Part shown: piece after piece, positions 14,187-31,122 of the stretch
Position numbering within the stretch: the stretch's first letter is position 1
Layout of the letters: every line of letters starts with the position of its first letter
Assembly: GCA_017499595.2 (NCBI GenBank)
Contig: CM039003.1
Span: forward strand, 2,294,001-2,358,000
DNA from: Psilocybe cubensis
Taxonomy: Eukaryota
Length of the DNA: 64,000 bases
Direction of reading: 5' to 3'
Program-made: the position numbers and the translations under genes
The notes under the pieces: model-generated
What the model was told of the DNA's origin: nothing
Seen by the model: the letters and a program-made list of their open reading frames with translations, nothing else
Databases searched by the model: none

Positions 14187-15819
14187 ATGACTATACCTTT
14201 GAATACCCCTGACCTACTTTCTTTGGCGTCGGTATCTGAAAAATCGGAACAGTGGGCGGCACAAGACAGCATAGATGTTAGAAATCCGGTGGTTGAAAGC
14301 TCAGAGTTTGCCTACAGGGTGATTCCTAGACATGCTACTGGGGCGAACGACGCACAAAGAAGCTAATCCTGATGTTTTCTCGCTATGGTTCTATAGGCAA
14401 CCGATCTGGTTCACATCAATGATGACGGGGTAAAGAACGCTGCGAAGTATGTTAGTATACCTACCCTTTCAATGATGAAAAATGGCTTTCAGTAGCTCTT
14501 ATCCTGCCTCTTATGCGACGCATCACTTTGTAGATTCGTCAGAAGCTTTTGGTTGAAAAGTATACACCGCGGACGTGGCGTACGCATGCCCTTCATATAT
14601 GTCCTTCGGAGCCATACAACCCGGAAGATCCGCTCAATAAATCAGTACTGGATTGGATATTCTTGATTTCATCTCTGAACTTTAGCTTCTGGTCAGAAAA
14701 AGAAGGAAGGCCTGACCGTTATGGTGTTGAATGGCGAGCCGGCTGGGACTCGGTGGAGACAAAAATCTGGACTGGCTACTGGTCTCTGGTCGCAGCTCTC
14801 AACCGAGGTAAGAGAAACAAATTTATTTCATGCTATAAAAAGTGTTCTGAGATTTTGGGTCGATAGCACTTGAGGAAGATATTCCTATAACAGACCCTCA
14901 TTTCTACTCCTCGGAGACGCTATGCCCAGACAGTTTGATTGAGCACGTATTCCGCAAAGCCCCTCAATCAACTGAATCGATCCCACTCCTTAAAGAACGA
15001 ATTGCCGTTATGCGTGAAGTAGGTTTCATCTTGTGCAATGTACGTTATATTTCCCTTCTTGCCCAGTGTGCTCCGGGTATTGCTCGAGTTCTGATAATAT
15101 TACGAAAGGGTTACGGTGGTTCGTTCAAAGGTTTTCTGGATGACTTCCAAAGGCAGCACGATGGTCAAGGTACTTCGCTTGACTTGGCGACCATGGTGGC
15201 AAATACTTTTCCTAGCTTCCGAGATGAAGTCTATTACGAGGGCACCAAAGGTATGATACTTTCCATGTTAAGATTTTGAGTCGTTTACGCACGCTCATCG
15301 TGCAAAAAATACGTCAATCTCACGACAGTCTGCTTGTGGAAACGCGCCCAGATACTTGTCGCGGAGACATGGGCGGCGTTCTATCCACCCTCTCCTGCAG
15401 AGCCCCACCCACTCTTCCCAGGTTCTCAGGGCCCACAAATTAGCCGCCTGACGATGTTTGCCGACTACCGCGTCCCGCAAATTTTGCACCATTTGTGCAT
15501 CCTCACATACCCCGCATCCCTTCTCCGCAAGCTACACGCGCATACCCCTCTTGCTCCAGGGTCGCGGGAGGAGATCAGTCTCCGCGCATCTAGTATCATT
15601 GCCGTCGAGCGCGTTCGCGAAGAGATTCTCCGATTGATCAAACACGAAGAAGGCGGAGACAGTGACACGGTGTCGAGAGCTGGCGTGGTAAGCAGTGTCG
15701 TGATTGATTTCTATCTTTGGGATTTGGCGAAAAAGGTGGAGAGTGGGGAGCAGAAAATCGAAAACATAGACACCGCAGAAATGGTCCCCATTCATCGGAC
15801 GAGGAGTATCTGGTACTAG
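14187..15819 (+). CDS. QNG1: queuosine salvage protein (Q_salvage/DUF2419, queuosine-nucleotide N-glycosylase)
   Basis: Family motifs WIFLISSLNFSFW, GYWSLVAALNRA, FPSFRD, KRAQILVAETW, LTMFADYRVPQIL, IDFYLW, PIHRTRSIWY. Confidence 0.93.
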
Positions 15820-16593
15820 ACTGTAGAGTATCATGATATTCTTTCTTTTGGTTTACCTTTTGACATTCATATGCAACGTGCAGCCACGTCATCTTCTCTG
15901 ATTTCTTCTTCGATCTCTTGAATCCCTCTTCGGCTTTGTCCACTGTGTTTCCATTCCATACCCAATCTTTTGTATTTCATCGACCATCCACTATGTATTG
16001 GGAAAAATATAGAAGATTCCCCTAGATTTCTGTTATCCTATTGGCTCCTTCAAGGCTCCTGCGGTCAACAATCGGCTCCAGTAAGATAGCCTACAGTATT
16101 TCCACTACCTTTCCTTTGGGTTTAGAAAAGATTACGGAAAATTATGGACAATTATCTTCTACCATGACATGTATAGAGGCTCCTAGATTGTCTCTGCACA
16201 CGGTGATTCAGGATTTAGACAAATCACCATCAAGGGAACAATCTGGGTCTAGGTCCTATCGATGCAAAAGGTTGCCGAGAGTGTTCACCGTGTATATCAC
16301 CGATATTCATCCTTTCCGAGCCGTCCATTGACAGAAACACATATGAAAATCCCTACAGGGAAATGTAATTCCCAAATGCAGCGATGCTGTAAATAGCCCC
16401 TTATCTATCCCTGAACGCCACGCATTGCTATCAATTGAGGCGTTCGAAAACCTTTCTAGGTATGGAATCCGCAAAGATCCCTTTGGTGAAAACCCACGAT
16501 AGGTGCGCCCGGGGTATCAATTCCAACAAGGCGGCCGACAAGCCAAATGCTGCTTTGCGGGGAAGCGAATAACGATGTTGTACACCGTATGAC

Positions 16594-19500
16594 TCAGTTC
16601 AAAAACATTCGTATTCTTGGGAAGACTTCTTCTCCGCTGATGTCCAGCAATAATGTATCCGAGTCGTCGTCTTCATCTTCTTCGTCATTATCTTCGTCCG
16701 ACGAGTCTTCGCCGTCCGATCTCCATGGTCGTGTCTCGAAACAATCGACCTGTCCTTCTTCTCGGATGATACTAGAAAAATGAAGAAAAAGGAGGTAAGT
16801 AACGGTGTTAATTTATCATTTGCTTGATGGCGATGACCACCACAACGTGGGCCACGCGACGGAAGACCCGATGGAATGGAAACGGAAATACGAGCTTAAC
16901 TGATCAAACATTCTCAAAGTCCGTCTCTCATTCCTTTCAATAGCCTCATTGTCTTCTGCGTGCGGGGAATGAGCGCCAAGGAGAGTCCTGTAGTATAGCC
17001 GTCGGTCCTCTTCTGCATCTTCGTCTTTCAGCACTCGCACATTTTCTGGAGATCGTTGTAGATTTTGGGTGCAAGGGGATGACGGCGTTGGACTGTGTAA
17101 TAGGATACTGTTTTCCACGCCAGCAGTGACGATATGGAGAAAATGGGGATGAAATAGGGTGGTGTTGACGATCGAATTGTGCCCTAGATTTTTGTAAATG
17201 ATGAATGTGTAAGAAGACACCTTTAGCATAACAGTCTATTTTGATTGCACCCACCTGTTAAACGATCTAGAGGTGTCGAGAGCTCGACTGGAGCTATCTT
17301 TGGTTCATGGCGACCTTCCGTGAATGCTGTTGCGCCAAACGAAAAAAAAAAAACCAGCACAGTTATTGTAACCGGTTTACCCAGGTTTTCACGTTGCATA
17401 TGTAGCTTACCAATTGTAGATGCATCACCATAGACGCTCCATCTTTTTTCAGTATAAATTTCCCTTTGATCCATTAATTGGGGAAGAGGTGGTATTCTCC
17501 AAATATAACAATAGAAGTCATCAGAACCTGCAGCGTACATATCATCGTTATCGAGACCAGGCCCACCGAACGAGCCATGCTACATGTGCGTTACATATCA
17601 ACGATAACCTCATTGGCGGTGAATGTTCTTACCTTCATGGTACACGAATTCGAATAAGTCGTCTGATTGGAAGGAACTGGAGTTCCATCTGGGAGGTTCT
17701 TTCCACTCAAGACGGCCAGAGGATTGGGGTCCGAAACGGAGAATATGGTAGGCAAGTAATGCTGCCATTCGAATACAGTCAATTCCACGCTCAAGAGAAA
17801 GAAGTAGGCCAAGCTCAGAAACTGCATACCAAGAAAGTAACAGCCAATTTCAACCCTAAATTGAAAAAACGAGTTCAGTGGCGCGTGAAATACGAGAACA
17901 GACTACGAGGAGACAACTACCATCTTTGTCAAACGTGATGCTGCTAGCCTCCGGATGGCTTAAATGAGAATATGTCTTTTTTGTCAGCTTGGTGTTATAC
18001 TGTTTAATTAAAAAAAAGGGCAAGGGGGGGTCAGACCCGGCCAGACCCTCGTACAGTCTCCATTGGTAGCAAGCGCACATACCCGTCGCACAATCCCTTC
18101 GTTGCTTCTTTTTGGAAGAGAGCCAAAGGCCATCCTTGAATCTCGTAAGAACACCCTTCCTGATCCATCGCTGTCGGCAAATAGATGCTCCATAGTCGGG
18201 TGAAACTTGACATCTGTTACTTCGTTTTCTGTCTGGATGATGTCTTGGGAGGAGGGTGGTGCACCACCCTGCCTCCAATCATACCGACGTATCGTCCCAT
18301 CTTCGCTGATTGCCCGTTCAGATTTCAATAGAAGCATACTCTTAGGACGGTTTGGCAAGTACCTTGCGCTCATGAGCAGGTCGTCTTGTACAGGATGACA
18401 AGTTAGTGACCGTATGCTGTCCTATTGCGGCATATCAGCAGGCTTCAGATGGTTGCAAGAACTTTTTTTCGTTACTTCATTGTCATGATATGCATGGTCA
18501 AAACTTCGATCGGTCTTCATAGACGCACCGGCTGGCGTTCCTAAGTAGGCGACATCGTATTGGTATATTGTTTTACAGAGTCCACCACTGACATGTCTTT
18601 GAATTCCTATTTCAGACTTCTGTGTGATATGCCACCGAACTCACGCGTATAGGAACTTGTTGGTAGCAGAAAAACCGAGACTGAAAATATTGCTCTGTCA
18701 TGTAGACAAAACTCGAATAAGCCATACTCGTAGATCTCTGGAGAGAAGAGAAAAAGAAAAATTACACTGGGTCCTCTGTACGTATACGATATAGTCTTGA
18801 CGTCATCTTGATAAAAATCCCACAGGCGTATGGAAGTGTCTATCGTTCGTTTTCAAAGAGAAGAAAAAAAAGCACCAGGCCGCGCGGGCGTGTCGATCAT
18901 TCAGCACGAGGAGCGTACGCGATAAAAATAACAGAAAAAGAGAGAGAGAGAGACATACCGTCTCCGCCGCTGGCGAGGAACCGCCCATCTTTAGACGAGA
19001 ACGCGAGTGCGTTCACACATCCTGTGTGCACCTCGAGTTTCCTGTGCCCATGGACCCGTCAGCACGCGCCGTCGAGATTAGAGACACATCTTCATCGGAA
19101 ATTCCTCTCGGAATCTTAGCAGGAAATAGAAGAGCCTGAGGACTCTTTCTTTCCGAAGACAGCTGGGCAAAGCAAGCCCCGTTCCCATTCCATTTCCACC
19201 CGTCCGTCCGTGATCCATCCAACCCCTAATCGATTCGAGTTCTCGCACCCCAGATTTTTGTCGAGATACATGGATACAAGGATGCTCACAAGCAGAGTAG
19301 AAGAGAGCCTCCCTCCCTCCCTCGCGCTCGCTCGCGAAACTTAACGGAGCTGAAAGGGGAGACAAACAGAGAGAGACAGAGAGGTAACAATCACCTTACC
19401 TTGAATAAGGAAACCCATGTGCGCTGTCCACGATCGCATGGCTCATGTCCTGTCTGCGCGTCTCCATTGGCAGTACACCACGCGCGCTGAGCAGATGCCG

Positions 19501-19653
19501 TCTTTGCTGTCTGGGAAATCCATAGCTTGGACTGGTAGGAAAGCGAGTCCCCGTGCGCTCCGGCTCCGACGAGGTTTGGACATGGGAGGCGCCAGAGAGG
19601 CGACGGCCGCCGCCGTCATCAGCTTCACTCGCAGAGTCCCGATGGCGCTTCAT
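16594..19653 (-). CDS. WD40-repeat protein, DCAF5/WDR22-like (probable CUL4-DDB1 substrate receptor)
   Basis: Spliced RKLEVHTGCVNALAFSSKDGRFLASGGDD, SNIFSLGFS, AAGSDDF, GHNSIVNTTLFHP...TAGVEN and an acidic C-terminus. The first intron is unusually long (~355 nt). Confidence 0.8.
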
Positions 19654-19699
19654 TGAAGTGGTTTTTCGTTTTTTTTAGGGATCGCGGGGTTGTATGAGG

Positions 19700-22600
19700 G
19701 ACCTGTATGTGTTATTGTATGATCATGTACTTTGGAAAGAAAAGCGAGCTCTGACTCCGACTCCGACTCCGAGGTCCAACGCCGCCCTCAGTAGCAAATG
19801 CGCTGTGAATGGGGAGAGAGCCGCGCGCCACCCCACAACCAGCCCAGCCCCTGAATGCCTTAGCCTAAAGGAGGCAACGCTTATCTAATCGCAAACCCGA
19901 ACCCCAGGGCCCAAAACGCCCCCACACCCCCCGTTAAGTCCGTCGCGTTGCGAATGTTAATGATGGCTTCGTCTTCCCTTTTCGTCATGTTTTGATGATT
20001 GAGATCTTCGATCATCCCCCACTACTTGACCAACGAATCTTGAGCTTGAGTCTTTGACTTGACTTGAACAAGAAATTGTCGGTGCAGTGCTTATGTTTCG
20101 CATTTCGTGATTTGCCGAAAAACAAGAACAAAAAAAACACAGCAACATACATCTCCGAGCCTTCGTCTATGAATCTGATCAACTAGAACCAGAGTCACTC
20201 TTTCCATCCATCTCTGAATCCGAATCGCTTGACTGTCTAGTTTGCACAACGCTACAAGCACACATAACTTTGTTTGCAGTATGTACGATTTGGATACCCA
20301 GACGACAGAATAATCCCCAAGAAAGATCCGTTCATCGAAATCTATCATTACCATTACCCATTGCCTCATTAACAACCCACCCCACGCACCAGTACAATAC
20401 CTCCCCTCCCAAGGCCAAGGACCCAAATTACAGTCGGGATCCCTCGGCGGCGCCCGTGGGGGTGGGGTCGGGGCGGAGAAAGGGGGGTGCAAACAGCAAA
20501 AGTGGTTGCACGCATATGCATGATGCATGATGTATGTATGTATGTATGTACACCACTCCGAGTCAGACACTCAGAGAAAGGGGAATTCTCGGGAGACGCC
20601 TCTGTCTCGTACGGGCAAACTCAACTCTAACGTATGGTATGGCATTGCAGTGATTGCACCCAGCTACAGTGCCACATTGCAGGGGCTCTGTTTGTCCTGG
20701 ATGCTGATCCAGTATACTGTATCCAGTATCCAACGTCCAATCAATGGCTAGGAGGGACCTTACCTACCTGACTTTGTCTGACCTGACCTTGACCTTGGCC
20801 GCGGGGTACATACGGTATAATATAATATAATGCAATACGCATGCGCCTGCACGACGCTGCTAGCCGGCTTTCTGGGCTCTGGCGAAACCTGTTACCTGAT
20901 TAATGACTCTTTAGTTGGGGTTTAGACACTGGCGTGTCGTTTGCATTCGCGATTAATTAATTATGTACCCTTTCTTTCTTTCTTTCTTTCTTTACTTACT
21001 TACTAATTATGAGTTCCAGAAATAACTTGGTGAATCTGATGTATACTTTAAGTACCACGTAGCGTAGTGACATATCTACATACATACATATAATTAATAG
21101 CAGGTAATTCTAATACTAATAGTCCCTTTTCGGAATCGTAGTACTGATGAATTATAGATATGGTACACCGTCAAAGAAATAAATTTAGAAAACAAATCGA
21201 AGACCCTTCGAAATTCGAATCCTCCACAAGTGCTGGTGGTATATAATTAGTATAGTCGCTGTAGTATATACAGCAGCTAAAGCCAAGTTGAGTAGTGTAA
21301 AGGAGAAACCCGATACTTCGTTGACGTTCTTCTCTTCGCTGTTTTCTTAGTTCTTAGTTCTTCTCTTCGTTCTACGTTTCTTTTTTTGTCGGCGGTATGT
21401 TAAACGACACCATGGCCGACACGCAAAAGCGGAGATACCCAGAAGGCAAAGTTCAAACATCCTTGTATGGGATAGCGTGGCTGCGAGCCATTGACATTAC
21501 CACCCACCCACTTACTTACTTACCTAGAGAGAGAGAGGGAGGGAGGGAGAGAGATCGCTGCTGCTGCCAGTGGTGCTGCGCGGCGTCCATGCTTGCGTTC
21601 CCGCAGTCACGATCACGACCCCGTTCCATGGGGCAGGGATAAGGGCAAATAAGTAGACAGCTCAGTAAGCTCACGCAGACGCAGTGCTCACGCGCCGCAC
21701 CGGGCATCTGATCTGCGGCTGCCTACGTGTAGCACCGTCGATCGTGTCATGTCGAGAAGTATGCAGGCCAGTTAGGTCGAGTTCTGTCCGCCCCATCTCC
21801 ATCAGCATCTCCATCTAGCTAATCGACAAAACAAAAAAACGCAAATGACAAAATTAAAACACATGCAATGCATCGCCCGCTGTATTGGGCTACATATTTC
21901 GCACAAGCACAAGCAAAAAAAAGTAAAAGCGCCACTGTACAGTCACAGTGTAGAGAGGCGCCTAACGCCGAACGGGTGCGGTGGCTGTGTCTACGTTGAG
22001 ATTCGCGGCTATGCGTAATCGTATAGATTAGTAGCCCCAGCCACCCAAGAAAAGAAAAAAGAAGTGGGGTTGGTTGTTTTCAAGCTTCAAGTTAATTACC
22101 CACCCACCCACTACCTCTACCCGTTTCCACTACCTTCTTTAGTTCTCAGGCTAGGCTATCAAATATTATTATCAATCCACATCTGACACGTATTGTCGTA
22201 CCCCGCAAAGTGCATAATCATAAGCGTAAGCGTGAAGTAAGCGCGGAGGCGGTGAAGACCGATTGTCATTGTCAATGAATGGGATTCTGGGGATTCTGGG
22301 GATCTCCGAGTACTTGTGCTTGTCCTGTTCATGTGCGAGTGCTTGACATGCTCCTGGTCCCCACAAGCCTCCGACAAAGGATTGGCTTGGGGCTTACTTT
22401 ACTTACTTACTTACTTACTTTGAATGTCGGGTTGAGTTGAGATTGCAGTCCCACTTTCTCCGCCGCTCGTTTGTGTACGTGTACGTGTGTGTGTGCCTAA
22501 CTGGTAACGCTGAATCGCTTCAGGGTGTAGGTACGGATGTACGTACGCGGGGTTTGACTGCCATTCAGGGCGGACTTGCGAATTGCGACTGGTAAGCGTA

Positions 22601-23400
22601 ACTATAACTGTGACTTGCGGCGCTCAGATGCGCCCGGGGACATGGACACTGGACAGTTGCAACAGACAACAGACAACAGACGACAGTCGCGATCTGACCT
22701 TACCTTGACCCGCGAGCCTTCAACCCAAAACACTAAATACAATACAATACATGAAGAAGAAGAAGAATTGAAGCTGTCCCCGGACTCTGCCCTGGCAACC
22801 CTTCTCGAGGTCGATCTCCACCGCAACTGACGTTTGGATCACACGGACACGGACACGGACATGGACACATATAACTTGCATTGCATTGTTCATCAACTTG
22901 AACTTGGAGTTGTATAAAACTGATGGAGGGATCGAGCTCTCGAGCGCCAAACCCCGCGCGCCGGCGGTATTATGTATGTCTGTACACACTGCTAGATATA
23001 CAAGTAGAGAGTGGATTGCATTCCGGCGTCTTGGATAAGAGTTATAAATGCAAAGGGTAGATTACCGTTTGAGTGCGAGTGCGAGTGCAAGTGCGAGTTC
23101 TCGTTCTCGTCCAAGCGAGATACGGCGATCTATTAGAAGCACAGGGAATGGCCGTGGGGTTGTTTTTGGAAGAGGGCCCTCGATTTGGGATTTCATTGTG
23201 GACTTGTCGAATGAGGGTGTATGGACAAACCTAGGCGGATTGAGAAGGTGGGGGAATTGACCTGAGGGATTTGCCGTTGATGGAGACCGGCGGCGACAGA
23301 TGATTGTTTCGGGGCGGGTGGTTGATTCGAGGCAGGGGCTGGATCTGGGCATGCAGCGTTGGTAGATCTGAGAAAGAGGCTCAGTGTCGATCAGCGAGTC
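19700..23400. repeat. microsatellite/low-complexity intergenic tract between the divergent WD40 and cre1 genes
   Basis: (TATG)n, (CTTT)n, (ACTT)n, (GGACAC)n and (GAGTGC)n runs; no credible ORF. Confidence 0.7.
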
Positions 23401-23476
23401 GGGGGGGTCTGTTCGACCGACAATGATCCAGCAGATGGGGGAGTCGGGCCGACCGAAAAGAAGGAAAAAAAAAAAT

Positions 23477-25825
<2,349 letters not shown>

Positions 25826-26049
25826 TTGTGATGGAGTCGCGATTTTGGTCCCTCTTGATTTACATTTTTTTAATGACCCACCCACCCACCGTTCAGCTCT
25901 TTGTTCTTTTTTTCATTGCTGTTTCCCGCCTCAAAACATCCCCTCCTCTCATATCCTATCCGATATATCCCGTTTTTCCCTGTTTTGCAAGCTCTCGAAC
26001 ACTCTCGACATTCTCGATGATATTAACAGCGCATATACAGTACAGTTAA

Positions 26050-27097
26050 CTTGGTTACTTGGTTACTTTTTTTTCTTACTTTTACTTCTTTTACTTTTAC
26101 TTCTTTTACATTTTACTTTTACTTCTTTTACTTTCTACGTTTACTTTTTACTTTTACTTTTACTTACTCTTTTATTACACCATTACACCGTTACACCATT
26201 ACATACATACATCATACATACAGACATACATACATACATACACAGTTCACTTTGTGTTTTTTCTCCAGTTGTTTTTGTTTTTGTTTTTGCATAGACTTAT
26301 AGACATCTCTCCTCTCCTCTCTCATCTCTCTTGCTTTCTATGCCTCTGTATGTTCTCTTATTTTCGTGGTGATGGTGATGATGGTGATGGTGAATGCGTA
26401 TGGGCGTTTATGCAAATGGCTTGATATTATTTATGTTGGGTTTTTGCGTATTCGTTCGTTCGTTCGTTCGTTCGTTGTGTCGTTGCTTATTCGCTCATTG
26501 CTCGTTGCGTATTCGCGAAGTTTGCGTTATTGCTTCGTCGTATGATGTGATGAGAGCGATACGACCTTCGTCTTCGCCGCCGTTGCCCATATGCTAGCAC
26601 TATATGCTCTATATGCTCTATGGTATATGCTCGACCTCGTATCACATCACCTCATCATCTCACATCGCATTATAATCCACCACCCACCCACCCACCACTC
26701 AATCCGCCCTTTTTTTCTTTTTCTTCTTTTTTTTTTTACCTTGAACGGCGAAGTTGTGGACTTTGTAGAGGTATTGTTATTTTTTCTTTTCCTTGTTTCT
26801 TTTTTTCTTTCTTTTCTTTTCTTTTTTTCGTTTCTTCTTTTACTGTTCGTTCGTTCGTTCGTTCGTTTGTTTGTTTGTTAACACCACACCACACCTCGCC
26901 TCGCCTCGCCTCGCATATATACATATAGACGCTGCACAATCTCTGCAGCACACACCCACCCACACCCACGCGCGCCCACACCCACACCCACCCACGCCCA
27001 CACCCACGCCTACATCCAGAGCATGTAAGAGCGTATGGGCACATTTTTAGACGGGCTTAGACGGGCCTGGATACCACGACACCAAACACCACCACCA

Positions 27098-27133
<36 letters not shown>

Positions 27134-27495
27134 ACAACACCACCGACGACAGTCACATTGCCATACACACAAGCATACACACACGCATACGCATATGGAT
27201 TATATATTTCTTTTTCTTTGTGTGTAGTTCTGTACTATGTGTTTTTACGACCATGACTTTCCGCGAACGCTATGACTTTGACGTTGACTTTGATTATGCC
27301 TTAACCTCCTCTCTCTCTCTCTCCTTCTCTTTTATACACTTCCTTTTCCTTTTTCCTTTTTCTTTCTTCAGTATATGACTCCGTCTCCGTCTCCGTCTCG
27401 TCTCTCGTTTCGCATACATTCTCAATTCTCATTTTTTACTTTTAGTATACTATAGTACAGTACGTATTAGTATTACATGTCTATGTCTATGTGTC

Positions 27496-27530
<35 letters not shown>

Positions 27531-28860
27531 CTGTTTCTGTTTTTTTTGGCAATATACGATATACGGACTTGGATTGACACTTGAAAGTTTGGATTACTAT
27601 ATGGCCATCGTCATTAGGTCGTTAAGTTGTGGTTGGTAAGTTGGCGTATGCCCGAATTGCGGAGGCATACAGGCCGAGTTCAAGACGCAAGAGTTCAGGC
27701 TGATCTTGCGCCGGTGGTAACTGGTAACTGATAACTGGTAAGACTAAGTACCGTCGCGGTCAATCAATTTTCAATTTTCAATTATCAGCCCTCAACAAAG
27801 GCAAAGGCCCGACCCTCCGAAGGCGCGTACGCGTACGACTGTCGATTGTCGACAACGTGCTACGCTTACGCGTTCTTGTGTTTTGTCTTGTGCTATAGCG
27901 TGTGTCAATGTATTATGATATGAATAATGACGCGATTGACGCGATTGAGATAGGAAAACTCATTTTTCCCCTCCTTCTCCCCTTTCGCAAGGTGAAGGCT
28001 CACAAGGCTCACACCCCTCCGAGGCCTCAGGCCTTCAGGCGTTAGCGTTATCTATGAGTCCGAGTCGTATTCGATTTTCGTCATTTTTCGTATCGGATAA
28101 GAACTTGGGATTCAGGAGGCGCAGATGATAAGATAGGTTGGTTGTTCGTGGTTCGTGTTCCGACGCGTTCGTGGTTCGTCAAAGTGACCCGGACATTTAT
28201 TTTTTAAAAAAAAAAACAAAGAGATAAAGATAAAGGTACCAGTCCGACGGTGCTCGGGTCGGGAGCTGTATACGTACGCGTACACAACGCGACGCAGTAA
28301 GCACTGACTACTGAGCAGTGAGCAATGATCACACACACACACGCATACGCACCAAAGATACACATTATTACCATCATCATTATCGTTATCACCGTCATTG
28401 TTCGAGCTTCGAAGTTTGCATCTTCTGATTAACCACACTGCATAAACTGTTTTCGAGGCTTGATCCCGAGTTTAGCCAGCCATACGAACGGACGAACGGG
28501 GGTGTGAGAGGAGGAGCTGGAGGAGTCCAGGTTGGCCACGGTCGCGGTCGCGGTCGCAGTCATAGTCTTCGACTCTTCCCCCACCCCTTCTCTTCTCACC
28601 CTCACCCCGTACCCGTGCCCCCGCGCGGTACCGCGTTTTTCCACTCCACGACAGACCGACGTTGTACAGCTTCCTCTTCTTTCAGTTGCTTGTTTTTTTT
28701 TTTTGATTCTTTTTTAGTTCTTCTTTCTTCTTCATATTATTTTATTTTGAGGGTTCCCAGCGCTTCCCCGTTGGGATAGCTTTGGTGATGTAGTGCAGGT
28801 GCAGGTGCATGTAGATGCAGATGTAGATGCAGATTGTAAAATAGACTGCGTTGCTCCTGT
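26050..28860. repeat. microsatellite-rich tract downstream of cre1
   Basis: (TTTTAC)n, (TACA)n, (TTCG)n, (CCG)n, (ACG)n and (CT)n arrays. Confidence 0.8.
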
Positions 28861-31122
28861 CCTAGCCCAACGGAAGACCGGGGTCGGGGTACTGGGGCAA
28901 CCGCATTGCTATACAGAAGCAACCCCAACCCCCAGCCCCAAAAACATTCCAACCCCCAGATTGACGTTTCCAGACACGTCGCAGTAATTATCCTCCGGGG
29001 GCGCGGAGATGGAGGGCGGAGGGGGCGGAGACAAACGTGCGCCATGGGGCACTGGCATGAGTCATTCCTATAACGCCATAGCACTGGGCCTGACGACTGC
29101 GATAATGGCACAATGAAATGCACCTGAGCAATGAGCACGCAGATGGTATCCTTAACCCCGGATTGCAACGTCGAATTTTTTCAAGGGCTAAAAACAACAC
29201 GTCAGTCTTGACAACTTCAGACGGCGATGGGGTTTGCACCGGAACCCCCCTTTGCCCCCTGCCCCATTGTCCGTTTGCCTCCTGCACCCCCCCTGCTTTA
29301 GTGTCCGTCAGTCCAGGACGCGTGCAAGGGTTCATGATCATCCATCCTTCCATTGTATTGCATCGTTGGAACTTGGACGGAAGCCCAGGCGCGTTTCGTT
29401 CCGTGGGCATTGATAGCAATTTGGGTCGTTGCACTTGGCCAAAAACGTGTGTATGAGCTCGCGGTTCTTTTCTCCTTTTTCCGGAAAGTGATGGGCGATA
29501 ATGATGCCCATGGGTCGCGAAAGGAAACCAAAAAAACGAACAAAAAATAAACACGCAAGCAGTGTTTTGATCAACACAATCAAAACGGAACAGCGCGCGC
29601 TTAAAAATAGAACACGGTGTCATAGCGGAAAATTCAACGAGGGTCTAAAAAAAGAAAGACAAAACCTTACCCTTGCCCATTTCGCTTTTTGATTTTTCCC
29701 CTCAGTTAATTTGCCACTCGATGCCGTTCCGTCGTGACATCGATAAGTAGCTTGACTCGAGGCAGCCTCGAGGGCTCAATGATCAGGGTAAGGTTGGAGT
29801 GACGAATCGCACATGACTCCTTGATTCTAGGAGCCCCAGTTTCAATCTCGGACATAAGATGCCAATTGATTAAACTAACCATCGTGAAATGAAGACAACA
29901 CCCTGCAGGCTGTCCACTGGCAGGGCAGTGGCATCCATGCATGTTGGATGGTCGCGTGTTGCGGGGGTGTATGTGGCCCTTGGCCCCATGGGCACTGGGC
30001 AACTTGAAGTTGGTTCCTTCGTGGCAGGCGTGCGGCCCTTTTTGGCGATCATCGATATGGCCTAAAGAATCGACTCTCGGAGGTCTTGCTGCTCACTGCT
30101 CAGGAGCGCAAACCGGAACTCACAGTATGTATCTCGGAAATGGGAAAGCTAGTTGACGTGGATGGGAAGTGAAGATGGCGATCAGCGTCATCATGACGAG
30201 GGTTTTAGGGTGTAACTTCAGTCTTCGGAAGGCTGAAAGGCAGAAGCATGCAATCTTGCCTCTTGTGTATTTTAAGGCTCTTCTTAGTAGCGCTGCAACC
30301 ATAGACAAATCAGCTACTAATCCAGTGCCGCAATCACTTACGCCACGCTATATCATCGTGCGACGGGTGCGAAGCTGTTAAAAATGTTTTTTTTACTGAT
30401 CGAATACGCTGGCATGTTCTCCCCAAGTGAATGGATGACTCACGACGATTCAATGTTCAAGCTGCGATTCGGCTTTGCGTTCCACGGTACCAGCACAATT
30501 CCGAGGATTGCGTCTAGCATGCATAGATGAACATGTCCATGGATGCGTCACAGATGTGTATCTTGATTTGTGATGTCCTCTGTGATGAACACGGAATTAC
30601 ATTCAACATCCATCATCCACCCTCCAGCAGACCCCCCTGTCGAAATTATCATCGAAGTATTGTCAACTGAGAGAAAATGCAGGCAGGCCGCAGGACGCTC
30701 ATGTGAGATGCGCCGCGATCATACATATTCATGTTTGTCTGTCGATCGTCACGACCATCCCCGTCCAACTCTTTGAATGATGGCTGTGGAGGCAGTTGAT
30801 GAACAATCTTCTGTTCGGGCACAAAATAGCCCGTGGGGCAGGGAGTCGAGGAAAGATCTCGATCCAATAGCGGGGTATAGCGACTAATATGCGAGTGTTG
30901 GCGATAAAAAAGATGTGGAGTGGTTCTGCTGTTGCTATCCAAAACTTGGCTCTGTGAGGCTTCCAAAGATATCTGAGACGCAGGCCAATGGCATCCGACG
31001 TTGAACGCAGTGGCCTATCAAACAGACAACGTGAAATGAATCAAAAATGATACTGAGGAAGATTGGTTGCATTATAATGGGGTTTATGGATCACAAGCAA
31101 ATATTAATAAAATACAGAATGT

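Noticed and set aside
21200-21230. TTCGAATCC tRNA T-loop/B-box-like motif
   Set aside because: No cloverleaf or acceptor stem could be built around it.
29700-31050. Possible gene between cre1 and SFH1
   Set aside because: Only short ORFs, with no recognisable domain or consistent exon chain.
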